A stretch of DNA of 64,000 nt from a plasmid. Position numbers and translations under genes: made by a program. Positions 41,788-54,899 of this stretch are shown here, in pieces. Positions within the stretch are counted from its first letter, which is position 1; the number at the start of each line of letters is the position of its first letter. Below the pieces are notes generated by a model. The model was given only the letters and a program-made list of their open reading frames with translations. It was not told where the DNA came from and made no database searches. The stretch lies in the sequence record NZ_CP035506.1. One strand, given 5' to 3'.

Positions 41788-42799
41788 GTAAGGGCATGGA
41801 CCGGCAGTGTAGCAGGGGCAAGGCCACTCTGTGGAGCAGTCAGCCGCTCCTTGACATTCTTTCGCCCGCGCCCCCTGTGATCACATGTTCAGAGCGGCGG
41901 GCCGCAGGGCATCGGGGCCATGCCTTCAGGAAGCGGTGAGTGGCATGGCAACGGCGCGCGGCAATGACGGCTGATGTCGACAGGTGATGCATCTGCATTC
42001 CACGGCCGAGGCTGTCCTTGGCCATTTAAGGGAATGGCTGTCGCCTGTTCCGCTCGTGGCAGCCAGCAGGCCTGCCGCCCTTCAGGCCAATGCCCGATGG
42101 CTGGCGACCTCCTGCCGCCTGCATGGACCAGGAGAGGCAACCACAGAACCGCTGGCCGATGGAGGATTCACCCGCCGCCACCGTGATCTGTAACAACACG
42201 CCTGTTTACTGAGATATCGGATACTATAGGCGCAGTATTTTGCGATTCCGCGCGCCACATGAAACGACCAAACTGTCCTCAATCATTCCCGATAAGTTGC
42301 GCTTATCGAATGAGATGCAATAATGACAACGCGGCGTCTGAGAACCACCCGCAATGATCGCATGAACCGCCGAAATGGGCGGCTATCCGGGATTTATCGT
42401 GTTCTGAAAGTCCTCCGTCCCGCCATCCCTACGGGCCGCGATGACCCCGGCGGGTGCAGGGCGCAAGAATGATGCCGAAACGGGTTGCCTTCTTACCGGT
42501 GCTGCGCTGGCTGGCCGCTTCTGTGGTTCACGGCGGAGGCGCATAAAATTCTGACCCCCGCACATCGTTCTGAGCGACAGGGCCGTGGTGTTTTCCCATC
42601 CAGATGTTCTCGACGGGGCCAATTGGCCGCCACACGGCTGTCCGGGAACGGGGCGGCGGGTGCCTGAGTCCCCCCCCTGCGCCCGATCGACAGCACGGGA
42701 TGGTTCTGTTCGGCCACGCCTCACTTGCCGGTCCACGGCTTGAACTGTCGTGACAGAAAATCGTTGGCGACAGCCAGATCTCCACTCCTGGCATGCAGG

Positions 42800-43000
42800 G
42801 ACCGTTTCCTCCGCTGCGGGCTTCCTGCTGCCCCGCTCACAGATAGCCACCGCCATTGAGCAACGCCTTCTTCCACGGGGGATCCTCATCGGATGCACGC
42901 CGTATTCGGCCGCCAGCTCCGACACAGGGCGCTCGCCTTTCACGGATCCCAGCGCCATCGCGCCTCCGTCACTGTTTCGGGGGGGAGCTCAGCCCGCGCT
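42800..43000 (-). pseudogene. IS3-family transposase OrfA remnant
   Basis: Minus-strand translation GERPVSELAAEYGVHPMRI...ERGSRKPAAEE matches the IS3 OrfA HTH region (..GEQTVSELASRFGVHPTMIHQW..ERGGRK..). No intact downstream orfB. Confidence 0.4.
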
Positions 43001-43340
43001 CGGCGGGAATGGTCTCCTCTCGGAAGACCCCGGGGCCGATGGCCTATCGGGAACCGGATCGTCCCATCTCGCGTGACCTGCGGCGTGTATTCCCACAATG
43101 GGTTGAAGGGAAACACCGATGTCTGGGAGGGCAACCGCGACTACTTTACGAGTAACATCGTCCCTGGCCCAATGCTGCGTGCATAAGGAATCTGAGCATG
43201 GCACTATTTCGGTATCGGCCTCGGGCGGCAGGGCTCGCGGGCAGCAGGCTCACTTCCTCGCCCCTCTGATCACGAGATCGGGCTACGGCTTGCGTGCGCT
43301 ACACGAGGAACCCGTTAGGTATACGACAGTGGGAGCAGTT

Positions 43341-44975
43341 ATGTCGGGCATGCTGGACCATGACCCATACCCTTCGATCCGGGACGGCGTGCCGAATTTC
43401 GCTATGGACGGCTGGGTCTATGGGCTGCGCGGGGACGAGATCGAGGCGCTGGAACGCGCCGTGACCTTCTCTGGCCCGGCTCACGCCACCTTGGAGGGGA
43501 TGGCGGTCGAGTTCCGCCTTGTCGGTACGGGAGGCGAGGCGGTCACCGGCTGGGTAAGCGCAGGCAGGATCACCGGTGGGGCATGGAGCGTCAGGCGGTC
43601 GATCCCGGCCACGAAGCATTGGTGCTGGCGGGAGGTCCGCCTGACAGCCAGCCCGGAGATCGTGGCGCGGAGCGTCGGGCGCTGCGCTGTCGGGTTCAAG
43701 CATCTGCTGGTTGGCCCGTCCTCGCTGGCGCGCGGAACCCAATGCCCCAATCCGAGCGTCTACGGCGCGGCGTTCACCATGCCTCCCCTGCCGGACATCG
43801 GAAAAGTTGCCTACTGCACCTTCTGGGAAGGGAAATCCACATTGGCCGGAGGGTCTGATGAAGCTCCTGCCCGGTACGGAATTACAGGGTCGGGGACGCC
43901 CCCCGTCAGCACGACCAATCCCGACAGCTTCCAGAACTGCGGCCAGATGCTCCTTGCCCAACAGCTTGCCAGCATGGTTCCGGGCATCCACGCCATCGTC
44001 AACGCCTCGGAGGCGGGGCGAGGCGTCTGGGGCGGGTCGAGGAACCTCCTCCGAATGCAAGCCGAGATTGACCAGCTTCAGACGATGATCGACCTGGCGG
44101 GAAACGACATCACGGTCCTGCTGTTCAACGAAGCCGTCAACGCGGGCAGTGCCACACAGACGCTGGCATCCGTCCTCCGAGGGGGGGCGCCCGGCCAACT
44201 CATGCACTTCGACCAGATCATTCAACCGGGCTATAGGCTGGTAAATGCGCCCGCGCGTGGCCAACAGGCGGTCAATTCAAAACCTGCCAAAGACCAATAT
44301 ATCCAGTCAGCCATCCAATTCGCCGCTGAAGGGGGCGTGACGGGTGTCCTCGCTCTTACGCGCATGGATTTGCGCGACACCGCAGGCTTGGTCGGAAACC
44401 TTACAGCGCATCCGAGGCAGGACGTTACGAATGGCGCTGTCTTGCAGGCCCCGATAACGGGCATGGCGCTGGCAAGCGCTCTCGGACGCGGCCCGGGCAT
44501 TCCTCATTTCGGACAAGCCAGATTTGGTAATGCGCGTCGAACGGAGATCATCGTGCCTGTCGTCGCGGCGAACCGCGGGAATATATCGGCCCTCAATCCG
44601 AAGAACATCTCGGGATTCATGTGGACAGACGTGGCCGCCGGGACGACGAGTTCGTATCTCTTGGCAAGCCTGTCGGATGGGGAAGTCACGATTGTTCACC
44701 CCGAGGGAAAGGCATTCCCGGTCAGCACCAAAGTGCGCATCACTCCGAGCCTCTATCACAGCGCCGGGGGCTACTTCCAGCAATGGCCGGGAAATGGGCA
44801 GCCGGGAGCGACTGCGATGAACGACGCCGGAGATCAAACCGTTTTCGAGGGGATCGTGTGGGAGGCATATCCGAAGGGGTTGTTCGAATACGGCCTCCCG
44901 GTGATAGGGCAGGTCAGCAAGGATGGGCTATATCTGCCGGTCTACGAGAAAGCGGTGCTGCCCTACGCCCCCTGA
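43341..44975 (+). CDS. Hypothetical protein (544 aa), no recognisable family
   Basis: Long uninterrupted ORF with a GGGAG RBS at the ATG at 43341. Convergent with, and 13 bp overlapping, the low-GC VPLPA-CTERM gene. Confidence 0.45.
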   Translation: MSGMLDHDPYPSIRDGVPNFAMDGWVYGLRGDEIEALERAVTFSGPAHATLEGMAVEFRLVGTGGEAVTGWVSAGRITGGAWSVRRSIPATKHWCWREVRLTASPEIVARSVGRCAVGFKHLLVGPSSLARGTQCPNPSVYGAAFTMPPLPDIGKVAYCTFWEGKSTLAGGSDEAPARYGITGSGTPPVSTTNPDSFQNCGQMLLAQQLASMVPGIHAIVNASEAGRGVWGGSRNLLRMQAEIDQLQTMIDLAGNDITVLLFNEAVNAGSATQTLASVLRGGAPGQLMHFDQIIQPGYRLVNAPARGQQAVNSKPAKDQYIQSAIQFAAEGGVTGVLALTRMDLRDTAGLVGNLTAHPRQDVTNGAVLQAPITGMALASALGRGPGIPHFGQARFGNARRTEIIVPVVAANRGNISALNPKNISGFMWTDVAAGTTSSYLLASLSDGEVTIVHPEGKAFPVSTKVRITPSLYHSAGGYFQQWPGNGQPGATAMNDAGDQTVFEGIVWEAYPKGLFEYGLPVIGQVSKDGLYLPVYEKAVLPYAP

Positions 44976-45664
44976 CGCGCCTTGCGCCTGCGCCCGACTG
45001 CCCAAAGCGCAGCCGTCCCGGCCAGCAGCAGCGGAGCGGCTGCGGGAAGGGGGACGGGGGCGGGAAGGCCTTCAACGGTAAATTTACCCAGATTATAATT
45101 AGCTCCATCCACGTAGTTAAAAGCTCCATAGCTTCCAGGTGGAATATATGGTCGTGGAATATGTGCGTGCCATTCATTGTTTTCGGGGTCATTTCCATCG
45201 ATTAAAGTTTCGAACTCTGTAAAATGAACCGAGACATGTGATTCAGTAAAGTTTCTAGAGTCGTATTCGGCGTATTCGCGAATATCCCAATATATAGGCA
45301 GCCAGTTTTCATCAAAACTCAATCTCCACTGCATGATGACCGCGAACTGGTTAGTGAAAACTCCTTTATCTCGCCCATAATATTCTCCTGAAGCTGTAAA
45401 AGGACCTTTCGGAGCTTCGTCGGTATCGAGGTAGAAGGTGTACCAAAGGTCCTCGTACGTCGGCGGTTTTCCCGGTTGGGGGTACGTGGTTTTCTCTATG
45501 AGACTATAGTTTTCCTTATGTCCTGTAGCCGGATTGTAGATGTATCCGACGAGACTGGTGTATCGTTCAATCATGTTCCCCGGATAGAACTTATACGTCA
45601 CAATCGCTGCCTCAGCCTGCCCTACTGTCAGGCAAGCCGCAGCCGCCAGAGCAAACGCTCTCAT
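44963..45664 (-). CDS. VPLPA-CTERM (PEP-CTERM variant) sorting-domain protein, secreted; low-GC gene
   Basis: Signal peptide MRAFALAAAACLTVGQAEA. C-terminus PVPLPAAAPLLLAGTAALWAVGRRRKA. GGAGGA RBS. GC is clearly lower than the neighbouring genes. Confidence 0.75.
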   Translation of the reverse strand: MRAFALAAAACLTVGQAEAAIVTYKFYPGNMIERYTSLVGYIYNPATGHKENYSLIEKTTYPQPGKPPTYEDLWYTFYLDTDEAPKGPFTASGEYYGRDKGVFTNQFAVIMQWRLSFDENWLPIYWDIREYAEYDSRNFTESHVSVHFTEFETLIDGNDPENNEWHAHIPRPYIPPGSYGAFNYVDGANYNLGKFTVEGLPAPVPLPAAAPLLLAGTAALWAVGRRRKARQGA

Positions 45665-46627
45665 CCCAAATCCTCCGATTAACCAATCGGCCTCACGGTG
45701 CCGTGAGGCCGACGATTCGAGCAAGGGTAAAGATTAAGATGTATCAGTCTGCAGGGATGACGGATGCCTCAAGGCGGATCAGCGCCTTCGTCGCGCCCAG
45801 CAGGGGTGAAGAGCGTGGGGTTTCTGATCGGAGACAGCGCCTTGTAAAGGCCTCCCGGCTCAGGCCTGCATCTCGGCGCCCGCGACATGCCACGGGCGCG
45901 ATCCCCGGTTGGGGCAGCAACACCAGCGGGGAACCCAAACCACCGATCACACGGGGCAGGATCCAGGGGCATTATCGGACCGGACCTCGGAGGAAGCCGA
46001 TCCCTGGAGATCGGCCTGAATATTATAACGAATATCGTTAAATATCGTACTGAACGAAGATCCTTCGGGCACCAACGCAGACCCTCGGTTCGTCCAAATT
46101 CAAGCCACAGGCTTGCGCAGCGCCTCCCAGAGCATCTTGAGTTCGACCTCCGAGAGCAGCCGGTGGAGGCTGCGCTTGATCGACTTCGCCGGCACGGTCA
46201 GCAAGTGACAAAACTCCTCCGTGGACACCACAGCCTGGGCGCTATCACCCAGCATGCAATGCAGACGCTTTCCTTAATGTTCGCCCGATGCCCGCTGTGC
46301 ATCCGCACCGCCATCAGCAGCTCGCAGCCGACATCGGGTGCGCGGTGGAGATGAATGCCACGAAGAACACAACTCGGTAAGGTTATGCTTGCTTGAATCT
46401 CTTCGCACCCGCAGAATCCTGAAGTCCTCGTGTGCAGGAGAGAAAAATGCAGCCGGCCGTGTCCCGCATCTCTTCCATCGACCTATTTCGCTATCTCACC
46501 GTTAGCTGCCGCGCGACAATCAGGGTGAGATTCCGCGTCAATCTGGGTGAGACGCCGTGGTGGTCCTGTGGTGGAGGGAGGGCGTAGCCCGACCGGAAGC
46601 ACAGGACCACCACGGCGCGCGCTTTGA

Positions 46628-49098
<2,471 letters not shown>

Positions 49099-49155
49099 AA
49101 TCTCATCCAGATTGACGCGCGCGTCTCTTCCAGATTGTCGCGCTATAGTTAGCTT

Positions 49156-50260
49156 CGCGCTTTTTTCTCACACACTTCTCTTCTTGAAGTCGGACGCCCT
49201 CTCGGGTGGCGATGTGATACTGGGGCTGAAATCGATCACCCGCACCGCAACGCCTGCCCTGATGATCCTGTTCGGGGTCATGGCAGAGATTGTCTACCTG
49301 AGACGCTACCGAAGCGATCCGGACAGGGCAGCGCAGGGCATGATTTCGCGCGCGATCATCTGCTACATCTGCTATGTTGCGCTGGTCGTTCTCGCCTTGG
49401 TCTTCGGCCATGTGAGAGGAGGACAGGCTATACGGGCGACGCTGCTGGTGGCGCCCTCACCTTATGCCAATATCTTCAAAATCTATACCTTTCTGCTGCC
49501 GATTACACTCCTGCTTGTCCAACTCCGGGCGCGCACGGGCCTCCTAGGGCCTTGGGTGGTTGTCGCAGGCATCTGGCTGCTAGACTGGATTGTGCTGGAC
49601 CACTTGCCCGCTCCTCCCGTTTTCGCCCACTTCGCGGGCTTCCTGTTCGGCATCGGAACCTCATGGGGACCGAGTATCCTGCACAGTCTAACACTCGTCG
49701 TGATGGGCATGACCCTGGGTGCCGCTTTCTTCAGCCCTTCCCGGCTGACAGAGAAGGCCGAGATGCATGCGGCCCGCCTCTGGCTCGGCATGGCCACTGG
49801 CCTGAGCCTGCTGCTGTTAGGCACGAAACTCGGCTGGTTCGGGTTGCATGGCGTTCTGCTGCGGATCGCGGACATCACGCAATGGCGGGGGGATAATGAC
49901 ATCGGCTATTACGCCTATGGCCTGCTCTCCGCCCTCGGGCTTCTGTTCCTCGCCCGATCAATCTGCATTATCGCTCCCCAGTGGGTCGTCACGCCGCTGG
50001 CCCGGATCGGCGGTGCGACGCTGGCCTATTTCTTCATTGGGAATGCGCTTCTCCTGATTCTGCCATCGCTCGACTGGCTACCCTTCTGGGGCAAGGCATC
50101 GTTCACGGTGGCTTTCCTTGTGTTCTGCGGAGGCGCCACCCTGATCTGGGACCAGCTAAGGAAGGCATTCCCGGTCCTACAGACGCCGGTTCGTGTCGCA
50201 CAGCAGATGACCGGCCTATTGCTCGGACACAGAAAAAGCCGCACCCTGTCCAATCCCTAG
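49156..50260 (+). pseudogene. Polytopic membrane protein (acyltransferase-3/OpgC-like?), 5' end apparently removed by the IS21 insertion
   Basis: Hydrophobic, about 10-TM ORF in frame from the IS end. The track ORF starts inside IS sequence (49016). Family assignment is tentative. Confidence 0.3.
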
Positions 50261-50289
50261 CGGATGCCCTCTTCGACAGATAGCTGTGG

Positions 50290-51342
50290 TCAGAGCGCGA
50301 TCCGGCCCAGCAGGCCAATATCGAACCGCCCTGCGTCGGTGAAATCATGCGCGGGGCGTTCCTCACCCTCGGCGCTGACGAAGCGCGCCTCGCAGTCCAT
50401 CCTGTAGCCTGTACGGGCGTGGACAGTCTGCCGGATATGGGCAATCAGGGCCAGAACCTCGTCCGATGTAGCGCCGCCCCGGTTGACGATGAAATTCGCA
50501 TGGAGCGGCGAGACCTGAGCCCCGCCCAAGGCAATGCCCTTCAGTCCCGCCTCCTCTATGGCCTTGCCGGGCGGGCCGACCACCGCATACATCGCGGGGT
50601 TCGACAGGAAGGTAGAGCCGCAATTGGGCAGGTTCTTCGGGAATTTCCGCCGGCGGGAGGCAAGGATGTCGATCATCTCGCGCCGGATCGCCGCCGGATC
50701 TCCCGGTTCCAGTTCCAACTCCACTTCGGTGATGGCACAGCCACGGCCCTGCAACGCCGAATGGCGATAGGAAAAAGCCATCTCTTCCTGCGTGAGACTG
50801 CGGATATCTCCCTCCGGCGTCACCACGGTGACGCGGCGGACATGAGCGCCGACGCCCTTGCGCTGGCTCCCGCCGTTCATCAGCACGAGCCCGCCGATCG
50901 TTCCAGGAATGCCTGCCACATGCTCAAGCCCCCTGAGCCCGCGCCGTGCCAGTTCCAAGGCCAAGCGTGGCACCCAGAGGCCACCGCCGCAGATGACTCG
51001 CGTCCCCTCGATGTGCAGCGCGGACATGGCCCGCCCGATCCTGAGCACGAGGCCGCGGTAGCCGTGGCTGTCCATCAACATGTTGGAGCCGTCGCCCAGA
51101 ATGAAGACCGGTACGCCATGCGCTCGCGCCAACCGCAGACAGGCCGCCACCTCCGTGCTGCTTTCCGCCTCCACCAGCAGATCAGCCGGCCCGCCGATCC
51201 GCCAGCGAACCTCTTGGGCCAGCGGCCGCCCTTCGGCGATACGGGTCACTCCCGCCTGACGCAGTGCCACGAGAAGGGCCGCGATAGGTGCGGAGACATT
51301 TGCCCGCAGCAAAGCTGCCTCAGGCGGCATGCCGATCCTCAC
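50290..51342 (-). CDS. murB: UDP-N-acetylenolpyruvoylglucosamine reductase
   Basis: FAD-binding MurB motifs (VFILGDGSNML, GLEHVAGIPGTIGG, C-terminal MurB domain). Start could be 51342 or 51330. Overlaps the murA stop. Confidence 0.8.
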   Translation of the reverse strand: MRIGMPPEAALLRANVSAPIAALLVALRQAGVTRIAEGRPLAQEVRWRIGGPADLLVEAESSTEVAACLRLARAHGVPVFILGDGSNMLMDSHGYRGLVLRIGRAMSALHIEGTRVICGGGLWVPRLALELARRGLRGLEHVAGIPGTIGGLVLMNGGSQRKGVGAHVRRVTVVTPEGDIRSLTQEEMAFSYRHSALQGRGCAITEVELELEPGDPAAIRREMIDILASRRRKFPKNLPNCGSTFLSNPAMYAVVGPPGKAIEEAGLKGIALGGAQVSPLHANFIVNRGGATSDEVLALIAHIRQTVHARTGYRMDCEARFVSAEGEERPAHDFTDAGRFDIGLLGRIAL

Positions 51343-52633
51343 GCACCTCTATACGGCCACCGATGGTGCGCAGCTTGCCCTCCAGGTCGTTGTACCCCCG
51401 AAGCGCCATGTGGACATTGTTGATGATCGACCGCCCGTCGGCACAGAGCGCAGCCATCACGACAGCCATGGAACCGCGCAGATCGGTGGAATCCGCCACC
51501 CCCGGCTTGAAGCGCGCCGACCCGTTGATGGTGATCTTGCCCCGTTCCGCCGTCAGGTGGTCGCCCTGAACGAGCTTTGCCAGTTCACCCACGAAAGCAA
51601 TGCGCTCCGGGTAGCGGTAGTCATAGACCCGAGAAGTGCCCGCCGCCGCCAGCGCAAGGATGACGTAGAAGGACTGCATGTCCGAAATCACACCCGGATG
51701 CGCCCCACAGGCCAACTCAAACGGCTGGACAGAACCGGAGGTCAGGCATCCCGGCGTCACATGCACCGAACGGGAGTTGCGGAAGAAGTCGATACCCGCC
51801 TGCTGCAGATGCAGAAGCGGCACTTCCATGCTCCCGAAAGGCACGTTATGCACGGTGAGTTCGCCGCCTGAGAGGATGCCGTAGACGATCCAGGTCAGCG
51901 CCTCGATCCGGTCGCTCATCACCGACATATGAGTGCCACCGAGCGGCTGGCCCCGCCCCTCCACCACGATGTGGCTGGAGCCGAAGACCTCTATGTTCGC
52001 GCCCATGCGGCGCAGGAAGGCGATCAGGTCCTCGACCTCCGGGGTGATGTAGGCGTTGTATATCTCGCTCCGCCCCTTGGCGATGGCAGTGCAGATCAGC
52101 GCCGTCTCCGTGCCGCCGACGGTGGAGATGCTGAAACGGATTTCTCCGCCCTGAAAGCCTTGGGGGGCTGTGATCTCGATATGGTCGTCCTTTTCCGTCA
52201 CCTCGGCGCCAAGCGCCTTCCATACCATGATGTGCTGGTCATAGCCGCGCCCGCCGGCCGAGCCGCCGCCGATAGGGCAGCCGCTGGGATAAGGGATGCG
52301 CGCGATGCCGGAGCGGAGTACCTGCGCCGCCGAGAGCAGATAGGTCGTGCGGATCGGCACATCGTAGTCGTTGCGGGTTAGCAACCGGGACTTGAGCGCC
52401 TGCGCGCTGATGGAGGCCTGCTCCGTCTCGCGGTCCAGCGTGATCTCGGCCCCGAGCTTGCGGCAGAAGTTTACCTTGTGACCGACATCGACCAGTTCTG
52501 TGGGAAAGTTGCGCAGCGTGACGGGCTCATCGCTGAGCAGAGCCGCCGAGAGAAGCCGCGTTGCAGAATTCTTCGCTCCACTCACCCGGACATGGCCGCG
52601 CGGGACGATCCCGCCGTCAATGATTGCGTACAT
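51320..52633 (-). CDS. murA: UDP-N-acetylglucosamine 1-carboxyvinyltransferase (MurA-like, divergent)
   Basis: 437 aa. N-terminal VSGAKNSATRLL, active-site Cys region SGCPIGGGS, EPSP-synthase fold repeat pattern. Confidence 0.75.
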   Translation of the reverse strand: MYAIIDGGIVPRGHVRVSGAKNSATRLLSAALLSDEPVTLRNFPTELVDVGHKVNFCRKLGAEITLDRETEQASISAQALKSRLLTRNDYDVPIRTTYLLSAAQVLRSGIARIPYPSGCPIGGGSAGGRGYDQHIMVWKALGAEVTEKDDHIEITAPQGFQGGEIRFSISTVGGTETALICTAIAKGRSEIYNAYITPEVEDLIAFLRRMGANIEVFGSSHIVVEGRGQPLGGTHMSVMSDRIEALTWIVYGILSGGELTVHNVPFGSMEVPLLHLQQAGIDFFRNSRSVHVTPGCLTSGSVQPFELACGAHPGVISDMQSFYVILALAAAGTSRVYDYRYPERIAFVGELAKLVQGDHLTAERGKITINGSARFKPGVADSTDLRGSMAVVMAALCADGRSIINNVHMALRGYNDLEGKLRTIGGRIEVREDRHAA

Positions 52634-52921
52634 CCGCTTTCACCTAATGATGCTTGAAAACATACTGTGAGGCTCCACAGGCCTTGTCTCGACCGTAAAC
52701 CAGTTTCTTCTTCCTGCCAATCGCTGCAGTGCAAAAGATACCGCTAACGATTCTATCGGCATATCTCTTTTTTCTAACAAAACATGATGGCAACCTCCAG
52801 ACCCGCCGATTCATCTCAAAGTTAATCTCTGCATTGCAGCTCGGCCACTTGAACCCCGGGATCCATTTGATACTGTTGAGAGGCAGTGGCCTTCCTGCAG
52901 GGTTCTTGCGAACCGGATTGG

Positions 52922-53983
52922 ATGAGAATGACTCCTTCCCACCCCCGATCTCCGAAAGTTTCAGTCGTCTGCGCCTGGTACAACAGGGCGGATTTCGTGC
53001 GCGATACGGTAGACAGCCTGCTGGCCCAGGATTTCGATGATTACGAGATCGTGCTGGTCAATGACGGCAGTCCCGATCCCCGTGTGCGAGAGATCCTCGA
53101 CAGCTACGATACTCCGCGCCTCCGGGTGATCCATCAGGCGAACGCAGGCTTCGTGAGCGCGATCCGCAAGGCCATCGACAGCTCAGGCGGCGAATACATC
53201 GCTGTCATGGGAGCCGGCGATGCTTCCCTGCCTGCGCGGCTGCGCAAGCAGGCTGAATTCCTCGACACCCACCCCGATCATATCGGCGTCGCCTGCGGTC
53301 TGCGGGAGGCGGAGGTAGATCGCGACTGGAAGATCGTCAAGGTCCGCGACCTTGGCCTCAAGGCGCGGCCCGAAATCACGCATGAGCAGGTTCTGGGGCG
53401 CATCCACTCCCCCTTCACCCATGGCGAGGTGATGTACCGGCGCTCCGCCTACGAGGCGGTGGGCGGATACCGGCCGTTCTTCCGTTTCACCCAGGATCTG
53501 GACCTGTGGTGCCGGATGTCGCGCTACGGGGGCAAATATGCCGTGATCCCGGATGTGCTTTACGAACGCCGGCTTTTCGCCGGCGACGGCATCGCCACCG
53601 ACATGCAGAAACATGTCGCCCAGATCACCCTGGCCTTCATGGCGCTGCAATGCGCCCGTGAATGGGACCGGCAGGGGTTCGATTCCATCGATGTCTTTGG
53701 CCTGCAGGCCGGCCTCTTCCGGGAGCCGAGCGCCCATCTGGCCAGCTATCTGGCCAGGATCGCGGTGAAATATCTCAAGGCCGGGCTGGTGGAGGAGGCA
53801 CGGTTCTTTGCCCGCCTCTCGCTTCAGGAGCGCCGGACGTCTGCGGGAAGGATCGCCCGCGGCATGATCGCCCTTCAGGGCGGGCGCTATTCCGGCCGGA
53901 TCGTCCAGACGGCCTTCCGGTTCCGCAAGATCCAGGATCCGCGCCAGATGCGCCCCATTCCCGCGCTGAGGCCGCAGCCCTAG
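52922..53983 (+). CDS. Glycosyltransferase family 2
   Basis: VSVVCAWYNRADFV...IVLVNDGSPD...GAGD motifs. Confidence 0.7.
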   Translation: MRMTPSHPRSPKVSVVCAWYNRADFVRDTVDSLLAQDFDDYEIVLVNDGSPDPRVREILDSYDTPRLRVIHQANAGFVSAIRKAIDSSGGEYIAVMGAGDASLPARLRKQAEFLDTHPDHIGVACGLREAEVDRDWKIVKVRDLGLKARPEITHEQVLGRIHSPFTHGEVMYRRSAYEAVGGYRPFFRFTQDLDLWCRMSRYGGKYAVIPDVLYERRLFAGDGIATDMQKHVAQITLAFMALQCAREWDRQGFDSIDVFGLQAGLFREPSAHLASYLARIAVKYLKAGLVEEARFFARLSLQERRTSAGRIARGMIALQGGRYSGRIVQTAFRFRKIQDPRQMRPIPALRPQP

Positions 53984-54029
53984 CTTCGGCGGCCGGGCCC
54001 TTCGCGGGATCCGGCCGCCGAGGGCCGGA

Positions 54030-54881
54030 TCACCCCCCCAGGCTCTCCCTGCGCCCGGCATCCTGGCCGGCGGGATGGAAATCCACGAACTTGCGCCCCA
54101 TGAGGTGCCAGTCCCGGCGCATCTCCTCGTAGAGAGCGGCATCGATGGGCTCGGGATTTGGCTTTCCGGAGATCCATTTCATCGCCGTGGGCGTCGGCCC
54201 GTCTGTCTCGAAGCCGAGATGGGCGAAGAGCGTCTGGAAGAACAGCTCGTCGCTGCAGAAGACCAGGCGGAAGGCGTTGAGATACCAAGGATTGGCGTCA
54301 AGGAAGGCCACCATCGCCTCGGCAACCGGCCGTTCGATTAGCCACCATTGCCAGCCGGCGTGGGGGCGTATGCCGCGCAGCAGTTTCGCCACATTCCTGC
54401 GCGGCAGGAGCCGGTCCACCGCCCGCGTGACCCAGATCCCCCGGGGCCCCAGGTCGAAGAAGAAGCGCTTCTCGAGCCGGGTCATCGTCCGGTCGGGGAA
54501 AGGCATCTCGCGGACATCCATGAAGTTGCCGCCCTGCCCGCCATTCGCACGCGCCGCCGCCGCGATTCTCGCACGGATCTCTGCGTCGGAGCGCAGGGGG
54601 TAATCCTGCCCGCTCATCAGATAGAGATGGGTCACCTCCGGGTTTGCCAGCGCCGCCTCGATCAACCGCAGCGTCGCCTCGACCTGGGAAAAACCGCCCC
54701 AGTAGACTGCGACCCGGTCGTGCAGGAAGTCGGCCTTTCCGAAAAGCGGTGAAAAAATTCCGATGTCGGACTTGGCATCTATATGGACATACCGTGCCCA
54801 GAGCTCCCCCGAAAGCCGGTCGAGCAGTCTCTCCATCAGGTCCGGGCGGTGATGCGCTTGAATGAGGGCCGCGATCTTCAT
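54030..54881 (-). CDS. Glycosyltransferase family 14-like (core-2/I-branching beta-1,6-N-acetylglucosaminyltransferase 'Branch' domain)
   Basis: N-terminal MKIAALIQAHHRPDLMERLLDRL and downstream YLMSGQDYPL, typical of bacterial GT14 members. Confidence 0.6.
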   Translation of the reverse strand: MKIAALIQAHHRPDLMERLLDRLSGELWARYVHIDAKSDIGIFSPLFGKADFLHDRVAVYWGGFSQVEATLRLIEAALANPEVTHLYLMSGQDYPLRSDAEIRARIAAAARANGGQGGNFMDVREMPFPDRTMTRLEKRFFFDLGPRGIWVTRAVDRLLPRRNVAKLLRGIRPHAGWQWWLIERPVAEAMVAFLDANPWYLNAFRLVFCSDELFFQTLFAHLGFETDGPTPTAMKWISGKPNPEPIDAALYEEMRRDWHLMGRKFVDFHPAGQDAGRRESLGG

Positions 54882-54899
54882 GAAAGAACCCCGTGGAAG

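Noticed and set aside
42190-42760. AT-rich stretch with several short ORFs next to the IS3 remnant
   Set aside because: No coherent coding signal. Interpreted as degraded mobile-element DNA; only the orfA-like remnant at about 42800..43000 is reported.
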